DNA of 64,000 nt from an uncultured delta proteobacterium (GTDB lineage: Bacteria; Myxococcota; Myxococcia; Myxococcales; Myxococcaceae): NCBI GenBank assembly GCA_963771175.1, contig CAVYSY010000026.1, forward strand, positions 480,001-544,000, in the 5' to 3' direction. The notes beneath the pieces were generated by a model. It did not search any database, was not told the DNA's origin, and saw nothing but the letters and a program-made list of their open reading frames with translations. A program made the translations under genes and the position numbers. This document shows, piece by piece, positions 46,645 to 57,773 of the stretch. Position 1 is the first letter of the stretch. Every line of letters begins with the position of its first letter.

Positions 46645-47661
46645 ATGGCGCCTCCGGTCGTCACCGTCCTCCTCCCCGCCCGAAACGCCGAGTCCACCGT
46701 GGCTCGGGCGGTGGGGAGCCTGCTCGAAGGCACGCTGCGTGAAATCCGGGTGCTGGTGGTGGATGACGGCTCCACGGACGGAACACGCGCGGTGCTCCAG
46801 GGGCTGGCGGCGAGAGACGCCCGGGTGGAGGTGCTCGACGGTGGGGGCCGAGGGCTGGTGGCGGCGCTCAACCTCGCGCTCTCGCGGGCCACCTCGCCCT
46901 ATGTGGCGCGGATGGACGCGGACGACGAGGCACTGCCCCGGCGCCTGGAGGCGAGCGTCGCGGCGCTGGAGGCGGACCCGAGCCTGGGTGGCGTGGGCAC
47001 CGGGGTGGAGATGTTCCGGGAGGATCAGCCGGTGAGTCCGTCCATGCGGGACTACGCGACGTGGCTCAACGGGCTCACCACCCCCGAGCGCCTGCACCGC
47101 GAGCGCTTCGTGGAGAGCCCCATCTGCCATCCCTCGGTGTGCCTGCGGCGGGAGGCGGTGGTGGCGGCCGGCGGGTGGGAGCACGGTGACTTCCCGGAGG
47201 ACTACGACCTGTGGCTGAAGCTGATGCACCTGGGCCACGGGATGCACAACCTGCCCGAGGTGCTGTTGCGCTGGAGGGACAGCACGGGACGGCTGACGCG
47301 GACGGACCCGAGGTACGCGCACAAGCGCTTCATCTGGGTGAAGGCGCGCTATCTCGCACGCAGCCGGGAGGTGGCGGGACGTCCACTGACGGTATGGGGC
47401 ACGGGCCCGGGAGGGCTCACCCTCACGCGCTTCCTGCTCTCGGAGGGAGCGCGCGTGGAGCGCTTCATCGACGTGCACCCGCGCAAGGTGGGCACGCGCA
47501 TCCACGGGATTCCGGTGTTCCCGCCGGAGTCACTGGGAGCCCCCCGAGAGGACACCCACCTCGTCGCGGCGGTGGGTGTGCGAGGCATCCGCGACGAAAT
47601 CCGAGGCGCGCTCACCGGGCTCGGCTGGGTTGAAGGCATCCACTTCACCTGCGCCGCGTAG
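46645..47661 (+). CDS. Glycosyltransferase family 2
   Basis: [37 protein letters not shown]. Confidence 0.9.
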   Translation: MAPPVVTVLLPARNAESTVARAVGSLLEGTLREIRVLVVDDGSTDGTRAVLQGLAARDARVEVLDGGGRGLVAALNLALSRATSPYVARMDADDEALPRRLEASVAALEADPSLGGVGTGVEMFREDQPVSPSMRDYATWLNGLTTPERLHRERFVESPICHPSVCLRREAVVAAGGWEHGDFPEDYDLWLKLMHLGHGMHNLPEVLLRWRDSTGRLTRTDPRYAHKRFIWVKARYLARSREVAGRPLTVWGTGPGGLTLTRFLLSEGARVERFIDVHPRKVGTRIHGIPVFPPESLGAPREDTHLVAAVGVRGIRDEIRGALTGLGWVEGIHFTCAA

Positions 47662-47761
47662 GCCAGGAAGGGCCACGGCGCACTCGTTTGTACGGTATGT
47701 AGAGAGTTCGACTCACACCCCGTGGGTACACAGAGCCTGGAGAAAACAGCCCATCGTTCAT

Positions 47762-49609
47762 ATGCGTCGACCCCTGTCCGCAAACACCCTCCTGGTGCTC
47801 ATCCTCCTCCTGCTCGTGGTGGGGTCGCTCGCCCTCGTGCATCCGATGACGATCGGCGCCCCCCTGGCGGTGGGCGCACTGCTCGTGATGGCTGTGCTCG
47901 TGATGCGTCAAGCCCGCGAGCGGGACCTGGCCCACAAGATAGCGGAGCGGAACGCCGCGGAGCTCTCGGCCCAGCTCGCCGAGCAGAGGCGAGTGGAGCA
48001 CGCCCTGCGCATCTCGGAGGCCCGGTTCGCGGGCATCATCTCCCTGGCCGCGGATGCCATCATCTCCGTGGATGAAGAGGGACGCATCACCCTCTTCAAC
48101 CGCGGGGCGGAACAGATCTTCGGCTACAGCCCCCAGGAGGTGCTCGGCCAACCGCTGGAGATGCTCCTCCCGGAGCGCTTCCGGTCCGGCCACCCCGGAC
48201 ACCTCCACACCTTCGGAGGGGCGGCCCTGGCCTCCCGGAGGATGGGGGAGCGCCAGCCCATCTTCGGCCTGAGGAAGAACGGAGAGGAGTTCCCCGCCGA
48301 GGCCGGCATCTCCCGGCTGGAGGTGGAGGGCAAGACGGTGCTGACGGCCATCATGAGGGACGTCTCCCTCCAGAAGCAGGTGGAAGCGGAGCACCGCTTC
48401 CTGGCGCGGGCCGGGGAGGTGCTCTCCAGCTCGCTGGACTCCGATCGGACACTCGCCTCCGTGGCCCAGCTCGCGGTGGAGTCACTGGCGGACTGGTGCG
48501 TCGTGTACCTCTCGGAGGGCGAGCACGTACGCCGGCTGGAAGTGGCCCACCGGAGCCCCGTGCACCAGGAAGTGGCCGTGGCCCTGCGTAACTCCCCCAT
48601 CGACATTCACCAGCTCTTCCTCGCGCGCGAAGTGCTGATGCGGCGGGAGCCCGTGCTCACGCCACACGTCACCCCCGAGGTACTGGAGTCCCTGGCCCAG
48701 GGCAGTGAGAACCTCTCGCTGCTGCGACGGATCGAGCCGTGCTCACTCATGGGAGTGCCCCTCATGAGCGGCAAGCGTCTGTTGGGAGCCATGGTGTTCA
48801 TCTCGACCTGCACGGGACGGAGCTATGGCCCCGCGGACCTGGCGTTCGCCCAGGGGCTGACACGGCTGGCCAGCCTGGCGATGGAGAACGCACGGCTCTA
48901 CCAGTCCGCCCAGCGGGCGACGAAGGCGCGGGACGAGGTGCTCGGCATCGTGGCTCATGATCTGCGCGGTCCGCTCAACAGCATCGCCCTGTGGCACCAG
49001 GTGCTCGAACGGCAGATCCAGAAACACGGGATGGACCTCCAGACCCGGAGCCAGGAGCCCCTGAGAGCGATCTCCTCCGCCTGCAGGCGCATGAACCGCC
49101 TGATCCAGGATCTCCTGGACGTGGCCCGGGTGGAGGCGGGCCAGCTCTCCTTGAACACCAGCCCCCAGACTCCAGCCAGCCTGCTGCGGGAAGCCATCGA
49201 TTCGGCCGGTCCCCAGGCCACGGGGATTCAGCTCCACCTGGAAGCTCCCGAGATGGCGCCCTCGGTCCTGGCCGATCGAGACCGGATCCTCCAGGTCTTC
49301 TCCAACCTGCTGGGCAACGCGCTGAAGTTCACTCCGGCGGGAGGCCAGATCTGGGTGGGAGCGCGGGTGGAGGGAGAGCAGGTCCGCTTCCATGTGCGAG
49401 ATACCGGTCCTGGCATCCCCGCCGAATCGCTCGCGAACATCTTCGATCGCTTCTGGCAGGCGAACCGGGCGGACCGCCGAGGAGCAGGCCTCGGATTGTC
49501 CATCGCCAAGGGCATCGTGGAGGCGCACGGGGGGAAGCTCCGGGTCGAGAGCGAACCGGGCCGTGGCAGCACCTTCTCCTTCACCGTCCCGCAGGCGAAA
49601 CCGCGCTGA
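47762..49609 (+). CDS. Membrane-anchored PAS-GAF sensor histidine kinase (no adjacent regulator)
   Basis: Two TM segments, [52 protein letters not shown]. Confidence 0.92.
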   Translation: MRRPLSANTLLVLILLLLVVGSLALVHPMTIGAPLAVGALLVMAVLVMRQARERDLAHKIAERNAAELSAQLAEQRRVEHALRISEARFAGIISLAADAIISVDEEGRITLFNRGAEQIFGYSPQEVLGQPLEMLLPERFRSGHPGHLHTFGGAALASRRMGERQPIFGLRKNGEEFPAEAGISRLEVEGKTVLTAIMRDVSLQKQVEAEHRFLARAGEVLSSSLDSDRTLASVAQLAVESLADWCVVYLSEGEHVRRLEVAHRSPVHQEVAVALRNSPIDIHQLFLAREVLMRREPVLTPHVTPEVLESLAQGSENLSLLRRIEPCSLMGVPLMSGKRLLGAMVFISTCTGRSYGPADLAFAQGLTRLASLAMENARLYQSAQRATKARDEVLGIVAHDLRGPLNSIALWHQVLERQIQKHGMDLQTRSQEPLRAISSACRRMNRLIQDLLDVARVEAGQLSLNTSPQTPASLLREAIDSAGPQATGIQLHLEAPEMAPSVLADRDRILQVFSNLLGNALKFTPAGGQIWVGARVEGEQVRFHVRDTGPGIPAESLANIFDRFWQANRADRRGAGLGLSIAKGIVEAHGGKLRVESEPGRGSTFSFTVPQAKPR

Positions 49610-49618
49610 CGTCCCCGT

Positions 49619-50572
49619 CTACCCGCGAGCACTCGCTTCCAGCGGACGAATTGACCCCGAGGGAGGAACAAGCCCCACCGCCGCGAAGAAGCGCGCGAGG
49701 TCCTCCGGCACGGGGGCCTCGAAACGCACCGGATTGCCCGTGCCCGGATGAGCCAGCTCCAGCGCCTGCGCATGCAACAGGCACCTCGGAGCCGGAATCC
49801 CTCCGGCCTGCGCCGCGCCTCCGTAGCGCTTGTCCCCGAGAATGGGCGCCCCGAGCGCCGTCAGGTGCGCGCGGAGCTGGTGCGTCCGGCCCGTCTGGGG
49901 CAGCAGCTCCACCAGACAGAAGTCCTCGCCCGCGTGCAGCACGCGGTACTCCGTGAGCGCGGGAATCCCATTCGCCGCACGGGTCGCGCGCCAGCGCCCT
50001 GGACGTGAAGGGTCCTTCGACAAGGGCAGGTCGATAACCCCCTGCGGCGGCAGCTCCACCGGCCCCACCGCCGCGAGGTAGCGCTTGCGGGCCCGGCCCT
50101 CGCGGAACTCCTCCGCCAGCGCGGTCGTCGCCTGGGGCGTCTTCCCGAACACCGTCACGCCGGAGGTCTCCCGGTCCAACCGGTGCACCAGCCCCGCCGG
50201 TCGCTTCAGGTGCGCGCCCACCCGGTCCACCAGGCTGTCCCCCACCCTCCCCTCCGTGGGCTGCGCCGTCATCCCCGCCGGCTTGTCCACCGCGATGACG
50301 TCCGCGTCCTCGTGCAGCACCCGGAGCTCCGGCGCGGAGGCCGGCGACACCGAGAGAGGGCTCTGTCCGCCCTCCTCCAGCACCACCGTCACCACCTGCC
50401 CCGGGGACGGCTTCGCCTTCGCGTCCCGGCACCGGCGTCCGGCCACGTACACCGCGCCCACGTTCACCAGGCGCTCGGCTTCCTCATGAGGAAGGTTCAG
50501 CTCCGCCGCCAGGGCCTCGCCCAGGGGGCGGTTCGCGTGGGGGGCGTCGACTCGGAAGGTGCGTCGCTTCAT
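49619..50572 (-). CDS. RluA family pseudouridine synthase
   Basis: VDKPAG, HRLDRETSG, TGRTHQLRAH, ILGDKRYG, LHA. Confidence 0.92.
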   Translation of the reverse strand: MKRRTFRVDAPHANRPLGEALAAELNLPHEEAERLVNVGAVYVAGRRCRDAKAKPSPGQVVTVVLEEGGQSPLSVSPASAPELRVLHEDADVIAVDKPAGMTAQPTEGRVGDSLVDRVGAHLKRPAGLVHRLDRETSGVTVFGKTPQATTALAEEFREGRARKRYLAAVGPVELPPQGVIDLPLSKDPSRPGRWRATRAANGIPALTEYRVLHAGEDFCLVELLPQTGRTHQLRAHLTALGAPILGDKRYGGAAQAGGIPAPRCLLHAQALELAHPGTGNPVRFEAPVPEDLARFFAAVGLVPPSGSIRPLEASARG

Positions 50573-50585
50573 TCGGTGGACCTGC

Positions 50586-51623
<1,038 letters not shown>

Positions 51624-51732
51624 CGGGGAGACTCCACAGGTTGATGGCTGACGGGCTCGCCCGAACTCTGGCAAGCCCACCGAGGCGAGCGCAAGACCGG
51701 GCCCCCGGCGGGAGCCCGGCCAGCAGGCGGGC

Positions 51733-52518
51733 CTACACCACCCGGTCGCGCAGGAACGGATAGCGCTCGCGCACCTCCGCCACCGTGTGCGCGTCGAGGG
51801 TGACGAGCGGCACCCCGGATGTCGTGTCGGGCGCGAGCGCCTCGCCCCAGGGGCTGAAGGCGGCCGAGCCGCCGTCATACGTCAGTCCGCCCCCGGTCCC
51901 GATGCGGTTCACCCCGACGAAGTAGCACTGGTTCTCGATCGCGCGAGCCCGGAGCAGCGCGTCCCAATGCGCGCGCCGCGCCGCCGGCCAGTTGGCGATG
52001 AGAATCATCGCATCCACGTTCCTGGCCACCACGCCGAAGAGCTCGGGGAAGCGCAGCTCGTAGCAGATGAAGAGCGCCGTCCGCACACCGTCGATGGTCA
52101 GACAGGTGGACGAGCTCCCCGGCCGATAGTGCTCGTGCTCCCCGCCGTAGGCGAAGAGCCGCTGCTTGCGGTGCACCGCCACCACCCGGCCCGTCGGGTC
52201 GAAGGCGATCGCCGTGTTCACCGTGCAGGGAGCATTCGCATCGGCGCCGGGCTCCTCGCGCACGGCCACGCCGGCCACGAGCCAGACTCCGGAGCGCGCC
52301 GCCAGCTCGCCCAGACGCGACACCACCGGCCCTTCCAGCGGCGTCGCCTGCGTCTTGTCCATGGTGAAGCCGGTGGTGGCCATCTCCGGCAGCACGACGA
52401 GCCGCGCACCGCCGGCCGCGGCGCGAGCCACCAGCGTCTCCGCGGAGGCGAGCGAGGCCTCCGGCGAGTGCCACCCGATGTCGTACTCCCCGAGGGCCAC
52501 GGTCAGGCGGCCGGTCAT
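51733..52518 (-). CDS. Carbon-nitrogen hydrolase (nitrilase superfamily, omega-amidase/YafV-like)
   Basis: LPEMATTGF (E), HRKQRLF (K), ICYELRFPE (C), ANWPAARRAHW, ARAIENQ. Confidence 0.88.
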   Translation of the reverse strand: MTGRLTVALGEYDIGWHSPEASLASAETLVARAAAGGARLVVLPEMATTGFTMDKTQATPLEGPVVSRLGELAARSGVWLVAGVAVREEPGADANAPCTVNTAIAFDPTGRVVAVHRKQRLFAYGGEHEHYRPGSSSTCLTIDGVRTALFICYELRFPELFGVVARNVDAMILIANWPAARRAHWDALLRARAIENQCYFVGVNRIGTGGGLTYDGGSAAFSPWGEALAPDTTSGVPLVTLDAHTVAEVRERYPFLRDRVV

Positions 52519-53736
52519 CGCGCCTTGTCTCCCAGCAGCGCGGCGCGCAGCAGCTCCGCGCCCTCCAGCACCATCTTCGTGTCGCAGCTGAAGGCGAAGC
52601 GGAGGGCGTCGACGCACGCGTGGCCGAAGGCATCACCCGGCGCGCTGCCGATTCCCTGCGCCGCCAGTCGGGCCGAGAGCTCATCGGCGCTGGAGACGCC
52701 GAGCCGCTGGTAGAGGGACGAGTCGAGCTCCGCCCAGACGTAGAACGCCCCGCGCGGGTTGAACGGGCGCACTCCGGGGATTCCCTCCAGCGCCTTCATC
52801 AGCGCGTCGCGGCGCTGGCGGTACTCACCGCGCATCATCTGCAGGTTGTCCTGCGGCCCGGTCACCGCCGCCAGCGCGCCCCACTGCGCCAGGCTGTTCA
52901 CCCCGTTGATGGTGCAGCGCAGCAGCTTCTGCACCCGAAGCTGCAGCAGCGGCCAGGCGGTGTGCAGATAGCCCGTGCGCAGCCCGCTCATCGCGTGGCT
53001 CTTGGAGAAGGAGTAGACGCTGATCGACCCGCGGCGCCCAGTCGCCGGCCAGCGAGGCGAGGGAGTGGTGCACGTGCGGCTCGTAGATGACGTCCTCGTA
53101 CGCCTCGTCCGAGACGATCCACAGATCGTGTGCGCGCGCCAGGGCGAGGATCGCCTGCAGCGTCTCGCGCGGCATGACGGCGCCGGTGGGGTTGTGCGGC
53201 GTGTTGACGAAGATGGCCCGCGTGCGCGGAGTGATGGCCGCCTCGATGGCCTCGGGGCGGTAGGCGTAGCCCTCCTCGGCGCGCACCGGCACGCCCACCG
53301 GCGTCCCACCGGCGAGCTTCACGTTCTCCGCCACCTCGGTCCACATCGGATCGGGGAGGATGACCTCGTCACCCGGCTCGAGCAGCGCGCCGAAGGTCAC
53401 GTACAGCGCGTGCATCGCGCCGTTGGTGAGGAAGACCTCCTCGGCCTTCGCCCCCTTGATGCCGTTCTTCTGCCGCAGCTTCTCGGCGAGCGCCGCCCGC
53501 AGCTCCGGAATCCCGTCGTTGGGCACGTAGTGCGTCTTCCCGGCCCGCATCGCCACCTGGATCGCCTCCGCCACGTGCGGGGCAATCGAGAAGCTGGGAT
53601 CGCCGGACTCGAAGCGGATGACCCGCTTGCCGGCTGCCTGGGCGCGGAGCAGCCCCTCACGGATCTGCACGATCTTGCCGAAGGAGATCGAATCCAATCG
53701 ATGCGCGGGGAGCTTCTCGGTCACGTCCATTGACAT
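52515..53736 (-). CDS. PLP-dependent class I/II aminotransferase; frameshift near 53030
   Basis: KTHYVPNDGIPELR, NTPHNPTG, SDEAYE, SFSKSHAMSGLRTGY, GAFYVW; ATGA overlap with the amidase gene. Confidence 0.9.
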
Positions 53737-53772
53737 CGTCTTTCTCTCCTCACTGCGGGGGGATGGGGGCAC

Positions 53773-53805
53773 AAAAAAGCCCGCCAGCAGGGGGGGCTGG
53801 CGGGC
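53773..53805 (-). terminator. Intrinsic terminator in the 5' leader of the aminotransferase (attenuator)
   Basis: Minus strand GCCCGCCAGC-loop-GCTGGCGGGC-TTTTTT, ending about 36 nt before the aminotransferase ATG. Confidence 0.85.
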
Positions 53806-53832
53806 TCGAAGGGAATCCTCCAAAGCAAACAC

Positions 53833-53904
53833 CTAGCCTGGGCCCCTTGAGAGCTGGCTGCGCTTGAAGCGCTTGGCTTTGAGGCTGCTGGTGGTGGCGC
53901 ACAT
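53833..53904 (-). CDS. Putative leader peptide MCATTSSLKAKRFKRSQLSRGPG (23 aa)
   Basis: AGGA 8 nt before the ATG; TAG 27 nt upstream of the terminator hairpin. Confidence 0.55.
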   Translation of the reverse strand: MCATTSSLKAKRFKRSQLSRGPG

Positions 53905-53990
53905 GTGTCGGATCCTGAACGAACGGACATAACGCAGTGCGACACCACGGTCAACGGCCCCTCCGACAACCATTCCCATGGGGAATGGAT

Positions 53991-54165
53991 TTCCTACAAT
54001 TTCGTAGGAAATGACCTCGGGAGCGACAAAAGCGTAGGACGCGGACGCATCCCCCGCGGCTGGCCTCCATGAACCGGTGGAGCACGGCTCTCCTCACCAC
54101 CGGGAGCCTCCAACAATCCTACGAATTTGTCGGTTCACGAGGTTCAACCTACAAATTCGTAGGAC
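53991..54165. repeat. Three copies of a CCTAC-N6-GTAGG-type palindrome; copies 2 and 3 form a larger inverted repeat
   Basis: TTCCTACAATTTCGTAGGAA (53991), TCCTACGAATTTGTCGGTT (54117), AACCTACAAATTCGTAGGA (about 54147). Confidence 0.75.
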
Positions 54166-54263
54166 TGGAGAACGGCCGGGAAACCCAGGCAGGCGAGCAC
54201 TCCCGCCCGGAGTCTCCCCACGTTTTCGCGGAGATACGTCGAAGGCCCCGTGCATGGGTGCGC

Positions 54264-54279
54264 TGGCCCTCCTGTTGCA
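54264..54279 (+). promoter_or_regulatory. Putative sigma54 (-24/-12) promoter for amtB
   Basis: TGGCCCTCCTGTTGCA has GG-N10-GC spacing, about 50 bp before the amtB ATG; sigma54 control of amt genes is common. Confidence 0.6.
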
Positions 54280-54329
54280 GTGGCTTCGAGGAGTGCGGGC
54301 CCAGGGGGCCCATTGAGTGCGAGGTGCGG

Positions 54330-55658
54330 ATGCCGGGCGGAATCGTCGGAGCCGATGTGGCGTGGGTGCTGGTCGCGAGCGCGCTGGTCATGCTGATGGT
54401 ACCGGGGCTGGCGCTCTTCTACGGGGGAATGGTGCAGGGCAAGCACGTGCTCTCCACCCTGATGCACAGCTTCGGCGCGCTGGCGGTGGTGACGGTGGTG
54501 TGGGCGCTGTGGGGCTACTCGCTCGCCTTCGGAGAGAGCCACGGAGGCCTCATCGGAGGGGCCACTCACCTGTTCATGAAGGGCGTGGGGACAGAGGCCA
54601 AGGGCACGCTGCCGCACCTCCTCTTCTTCCTCTTCCAGGGCACCTTCGCCGCCATCACGCCCGCGCTCATCAGCGGTGCGTACGCCGAGCGGCTCAAGTT
54701 CTCCGCCTTCCTCCTCTTCACGGTGCTTTGGGCGACGTTCGTGTACGCGCCCGTGGCGCACTGGGTGTGGGCTCCGGACGGCTGGCTGCTGAAGCTGGGC
54801 GCGCTCGACTTCGCGGGTGGCGCCGTGGTGCACCTCACCAGTGGTGTCTCGGCGCTCGTGGTGGCGCTCGTGGTGGGCCGCCGCCGGGGCGCGCGGCAGC
54901 CTCCGCACAACCTCGCCTTCACCCTGTTGGGGGCGGGACTCCTCTGGTTTGGCTGGTTCGGCTTCAACGCGGGCAGTGCGCTCGCCGCCAACGAGCTGGC
55001 CGCGGTCGCCGCGGCCAACACCCACCTGGCGGCCGCGGCCGGCATGGTGGCGTGGGGCCTCGTGGACCTGCTGCGGCTGAAGAAGGTGACGGCGCTGGGA
55101 GCCGCCAGCGGGCTCGTGGCGGGTCTCGTGGGCATCACTCCGGCGGCGGGCTTCGTCTCGCCCCTGGGTGCGCTGGCCATCGGCCTCCTGGCCGGCACGG
55201 CCTGCTACGGCGGCGTCCTCCTCAAGGAGCACCTCGGCTACGACGATGCACTGGACGTGGTCGGCGTGCATGGCGTGGGAGGAGCGCTCGGCGCCCTGCT
55301 CACCGGCGTGTTCGCCACCGTGGCCGTCAATCCCGCCGGAGCCGAGGGCCTCCTCGCTGGCGGCAACTGGGCCCTGCTGGGCAAGCAGGCACTCAGTGTG
55401 CTGGCGGTGGCCGCCTTCTCCGCGCTCCTCACCTTCGTCCTCCTCAAGGGGGTGCAGGCGGTGGCGGGCCTGCGCGTGGATGCCGAGGCCGAGCACGAGG
55501 GGTTGGATCCCCACGTCCATGGCGAGCGCGCCTACCACACCGGCGGCATCTCCCTGGGCAGCCACCACGGCCCGACGCCGCGAGAGGCGTCCCCCTCGGA
55601 GGCCAGCGCCCCCGGGAAGAAGGCGCCGCTCAGCACCGAGCCCGTGATGGAGGGTTAG
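54330..55658 (+). CDS. amtB: Ammonium transporter
   Basis: PGLALFYGGMV, FQGTFAAITPALISGA, DFAGGAVVH, LWFGWFGFNAGS, DDALDVVGVHGVGG (twin His present). Confidence 0.96.
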   Translation: MPGGIVGADVAWVLVASALVMLMVPGLALFYGGMVQGKHVLSTLMHSFGALAVVTVVWALWGYSLAFGESHGGLIGGATHLFMKGVGTEAKGTLPHLLFFLFQGTFAAITPALISGAYAERLKFSAFLLFTVLWATFVYAPVAHWVWAPDGWLLKLGALDFAGGAVVHLTSGVSALVVALVVGRRRGARQPPHNLAFTLLGAGLLWFGWFGFNAGSALAANELAAVAAANTHLAAAAGMVAWGLVDLLRLKKVTALGAASGLVAGLVGITPAAGFVSPLGALAIGLLAGTACYGGVLLKEHLGYDDALDVVGVHGVGGALGALLTGVFATVAVNPAGAEGLLAGGNWALLGKQALSVLAVAAFSALLTFVLLKGVQAVAGLRVDAEAEHEGLDPHVHGERAYHTGGISLGSHHGPTPREASPSEASAPGKKAPLSTEPVMEG

Positions 55659-55709
55659 GGGCGCTCGGGCCTTTCCCCCGGCGGCGAAGTGTCTACCTTC
55701 CGCCACCCC

Positions 55710-57230
55710 ATGGACCGTCCCCTCCCCCTGCTGCGCGCGAGCCTGGACGACTTCCTCGCCCAACTGGCCACCCTCCACTACCGCCACGCCGCCGGCCTCG
55801 CCCCCAACCTCCCCCTGCGCGAGCTCTACGAGGACTCGCCCGAAATCGCCTCCCCCGAGGCCTTCGCCGCCGTCACCGAGGCCGTCCCCAAGGCCCAGGC
55901 CAAGGGCGACCTGCTCGGCGTGCGCCGCCTGCGGCTCCTGCGCGACTTCATCGCCACCCAGGTCGAGGAGGCCCTCGCCGCCTCCCAGGCCGAGGCCATC
56001 TCCCAACTGGAGACCCGCGCCCGCCTCCCCGTGGACGACCAGGTCCTCTCCTTCGGCGAGGCGCTGGGTCAACTCCCCCACGAGCCGGAGCGTGGCCGCC
56101 GCGCCCTGCTCGAGGGCGCCACCGGCAACTTCCTCTGGGACAACCGGGGCCTCTACGGCGACCGCCGCGACGCCGCCTTCCGCGTCACCGAAAAGCTCCG
56201 CGCCCCCAGCTACCTCGCCCTGCGCGAGGACGTCTCCGGCATCGCCCTGGACACGCTCGCCGAGGCCGCGAAGGAGACGCTCGCGCGCACCGAGGACGCC
56301 TACCGCGACGTGCTCGCCTACGTCCTCAAGAAGGTGGAGCCCACGCTGCGCGCCCTGCCCTCGGGCAACGCGCGCAGGCACGACCTGCAGGCCGCCACGC
56401 AGGTGCCGTGGATGAGCGGCTTCTTCCGCCGCGAGGACGAGTGGCCCGCCGTCATTCGCTGGCTCACCGAGTGGGGCTTCCACCCCGCCGCCAACGGCCG
56501 CATCCGCATCGACGACGAGGAGCGCCCCGGCAAGGCCTCGCGCCCCTTCACCGCCGCGGTGCGCGTGCCGGACGAGGTGCGCCTGGTGGTGCGGCGGCGC
56601 GCGGGCCTGGATGCCCTCGGGAGCCTGCTGCACGAGTACGGCCACGCCCTGCACCACGCCCACGTGTCGGACAAGCTCCCGCTGGAGCTGCGCCGGCTGG
56701 GGGACGCCTCGGTGACGGAGTCCTTCGCCACCCTCTTCGAGCGGCTCCTCCTGAACGAGGAGTGGCTGAAGCGCTACCTGCGCCTGCCCTCGCCCACCGC
56801 GCGCGACGCCTCCCGCCTGGCGGCCTTCCAGGCCCTCACCGTGCTGCGCCGGCACTGCGCGAAGCTCCCCTACGAGCTGTCCCTCTACAAACACGGCGCC
56901 TCGCCCGAGCGGGCCGAGGAGTACGCGGACGCCCAGCGGCGCGCGCTCTTCGTCGAGCCGCACCCGGGCTTCTTCCTCTTCGACGTGGATCCTCAGCTCT
57001 ACGTGACGCGCTACCTGCGCGCCTGGGCGCTGGAGACTCGCTTCACGGAGCAGCTCACCGCGCGCTTCAACGAGGACTGGTGGCGCAACCCCGCCGCGGG
57101 TCGCTGGCTCCAGGGGTACTTCGGGCGGGGTGGCACCGACGACGCCGAGGCACTCGCCTCGGAGGTTTCGGGAAAAGCACTCGCGCTCCCCGAGGCGGGG
57201 AGCCGCCTCGTGGCCTTGCTGGACCGCTGA
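55710..57230 (+). CDS. Zinc metallopeptidase-like protein (M3/M32-type gluzincin)
   Basis: LLHEYGHALH (HExxH) with downstream VTESFA third ligand; helical composition. Confidence 0.65.
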   Translation: MDRPLPLLRASLDDFLAQLATLHYRHAAGLAPNLPLRELYEDSPEIASPEAFAAVTEAVPKAQAKGDLLGVRRLRLLRDFIATQVEEALAASQAEAISQLETRARLPVDDQVLSFGEALGQLPHEPERGRRALLEGATGNFLWDNRGLYGDRRDAAFRVTEKLRAPSYLALREDVSGIALDTLAEAAKETLARTEDAYRDVLAYVLKKVEPTLRALPSGNARRHDLQAATQVPWMSGFFRREDEWPAVIRWLTEWGFHPAANGRIRIDDEERPGKASRPFTAAVRVPDEVRLVVRRRAGLDALGSLLHEYGHALHHAHVSDKLPLELRRLGDASVTESFATLFERLLLNEEWLKRYLRLPSPTARDASRLAAFQALTVLRRHCAKLPYELSLYKHGASPERAEEYADAQRRALFVEPHPGFFLFDVDPQLYVTRYLRAWALETRFTEQLTARFNEDWWRNPAAGRWLQGYFGRGGTDDAEALASEVSGKALALPEAGSRLVALLDR

Positions 57231-57247
57231 GTGGCTCCCCCGAGGGG

Positions 57248-57574
57248 CTACTTCTTCTTGCGCAGCGCGCGGACGATCTTGTCCTTCGTCGCGCTGGTGG
57301 CCGCGGCCACCTTGGGCTTGCTGGCCGACTTCGTCTGGCCGGTGCGCTCGCGCATGGCCTTCATGAGCTGCATCTCGATGAGGAGCAGTTCGTCCCCAAG
57401 CTGCTCATTGTTGCCCGCGGCACGAGGAAGCGGCGCGCTCTTGCTGGCAGCCCCGGCACCGTGCCGCATGCGCAGCACCTTCTCCTCCTCGGACGTCAGG
57501 GTGTGCGCCTTCTCCAGCGCCACCTTGGCTTCCTTGGCCGACACCGTCGTGCTGCTACCGACCTTGCGCTCCAT
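57248..57574 (-). CDS. Small basic protein resembling a stand-alone sigma70 region 4
   Basis: GGAG RBS; TLTSEEEKVLRMRHG...LLIEMQLMKAMR resembles TLTPREEKVLRMRFG...RQIEAKALRKLR; basic tail RALRKKK. Confidence 0.6.
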   Translation of the reverse strand: MERKVGSSTTVSAKEAKVALEKAHTLTSEEEKVLRMRHGAGAASKSAPLPRAAGNNEQLGDELLLIEMQLMKAMRERTGQTKSASKPKVAAATSATKDKIVRALRKKK

Positions 57575-57773
57575 CTCCGCTCCCTTGCTTGTGGGCACCT
57601 GAACATCCGAGCATGTCGGACGCGCCTGAGCCGCAACCGACGGGGATTGTAGAGAACGCAAGAGGACGGTCAAATTTTCTTCCAACATCCCGATGCCGCC
57701 CTGTAGCGACCTGCCCCGGAGGCGACAACCAGCGCCCCCGGCCCGGAGAACCCACGGGCCGGGCAAGCCGGGC

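Noticed and set aside
47700..47725. GTTCGACTC tRNA T-loop-like motif
   Set aside because: Flanks do not form a T-stem and no cloverleaf or acceptor stem can be built
54144..57652. Very long alternative-frame and antisense ORFs (54317..57652, 54144..56963; likewise 42..2369 and 21656..24217)
   Set aside because: Shadow ORFs of high-GC genes: Arg/Gly/Pro/Ala-rich, no motifs, overlapping well-supported genes
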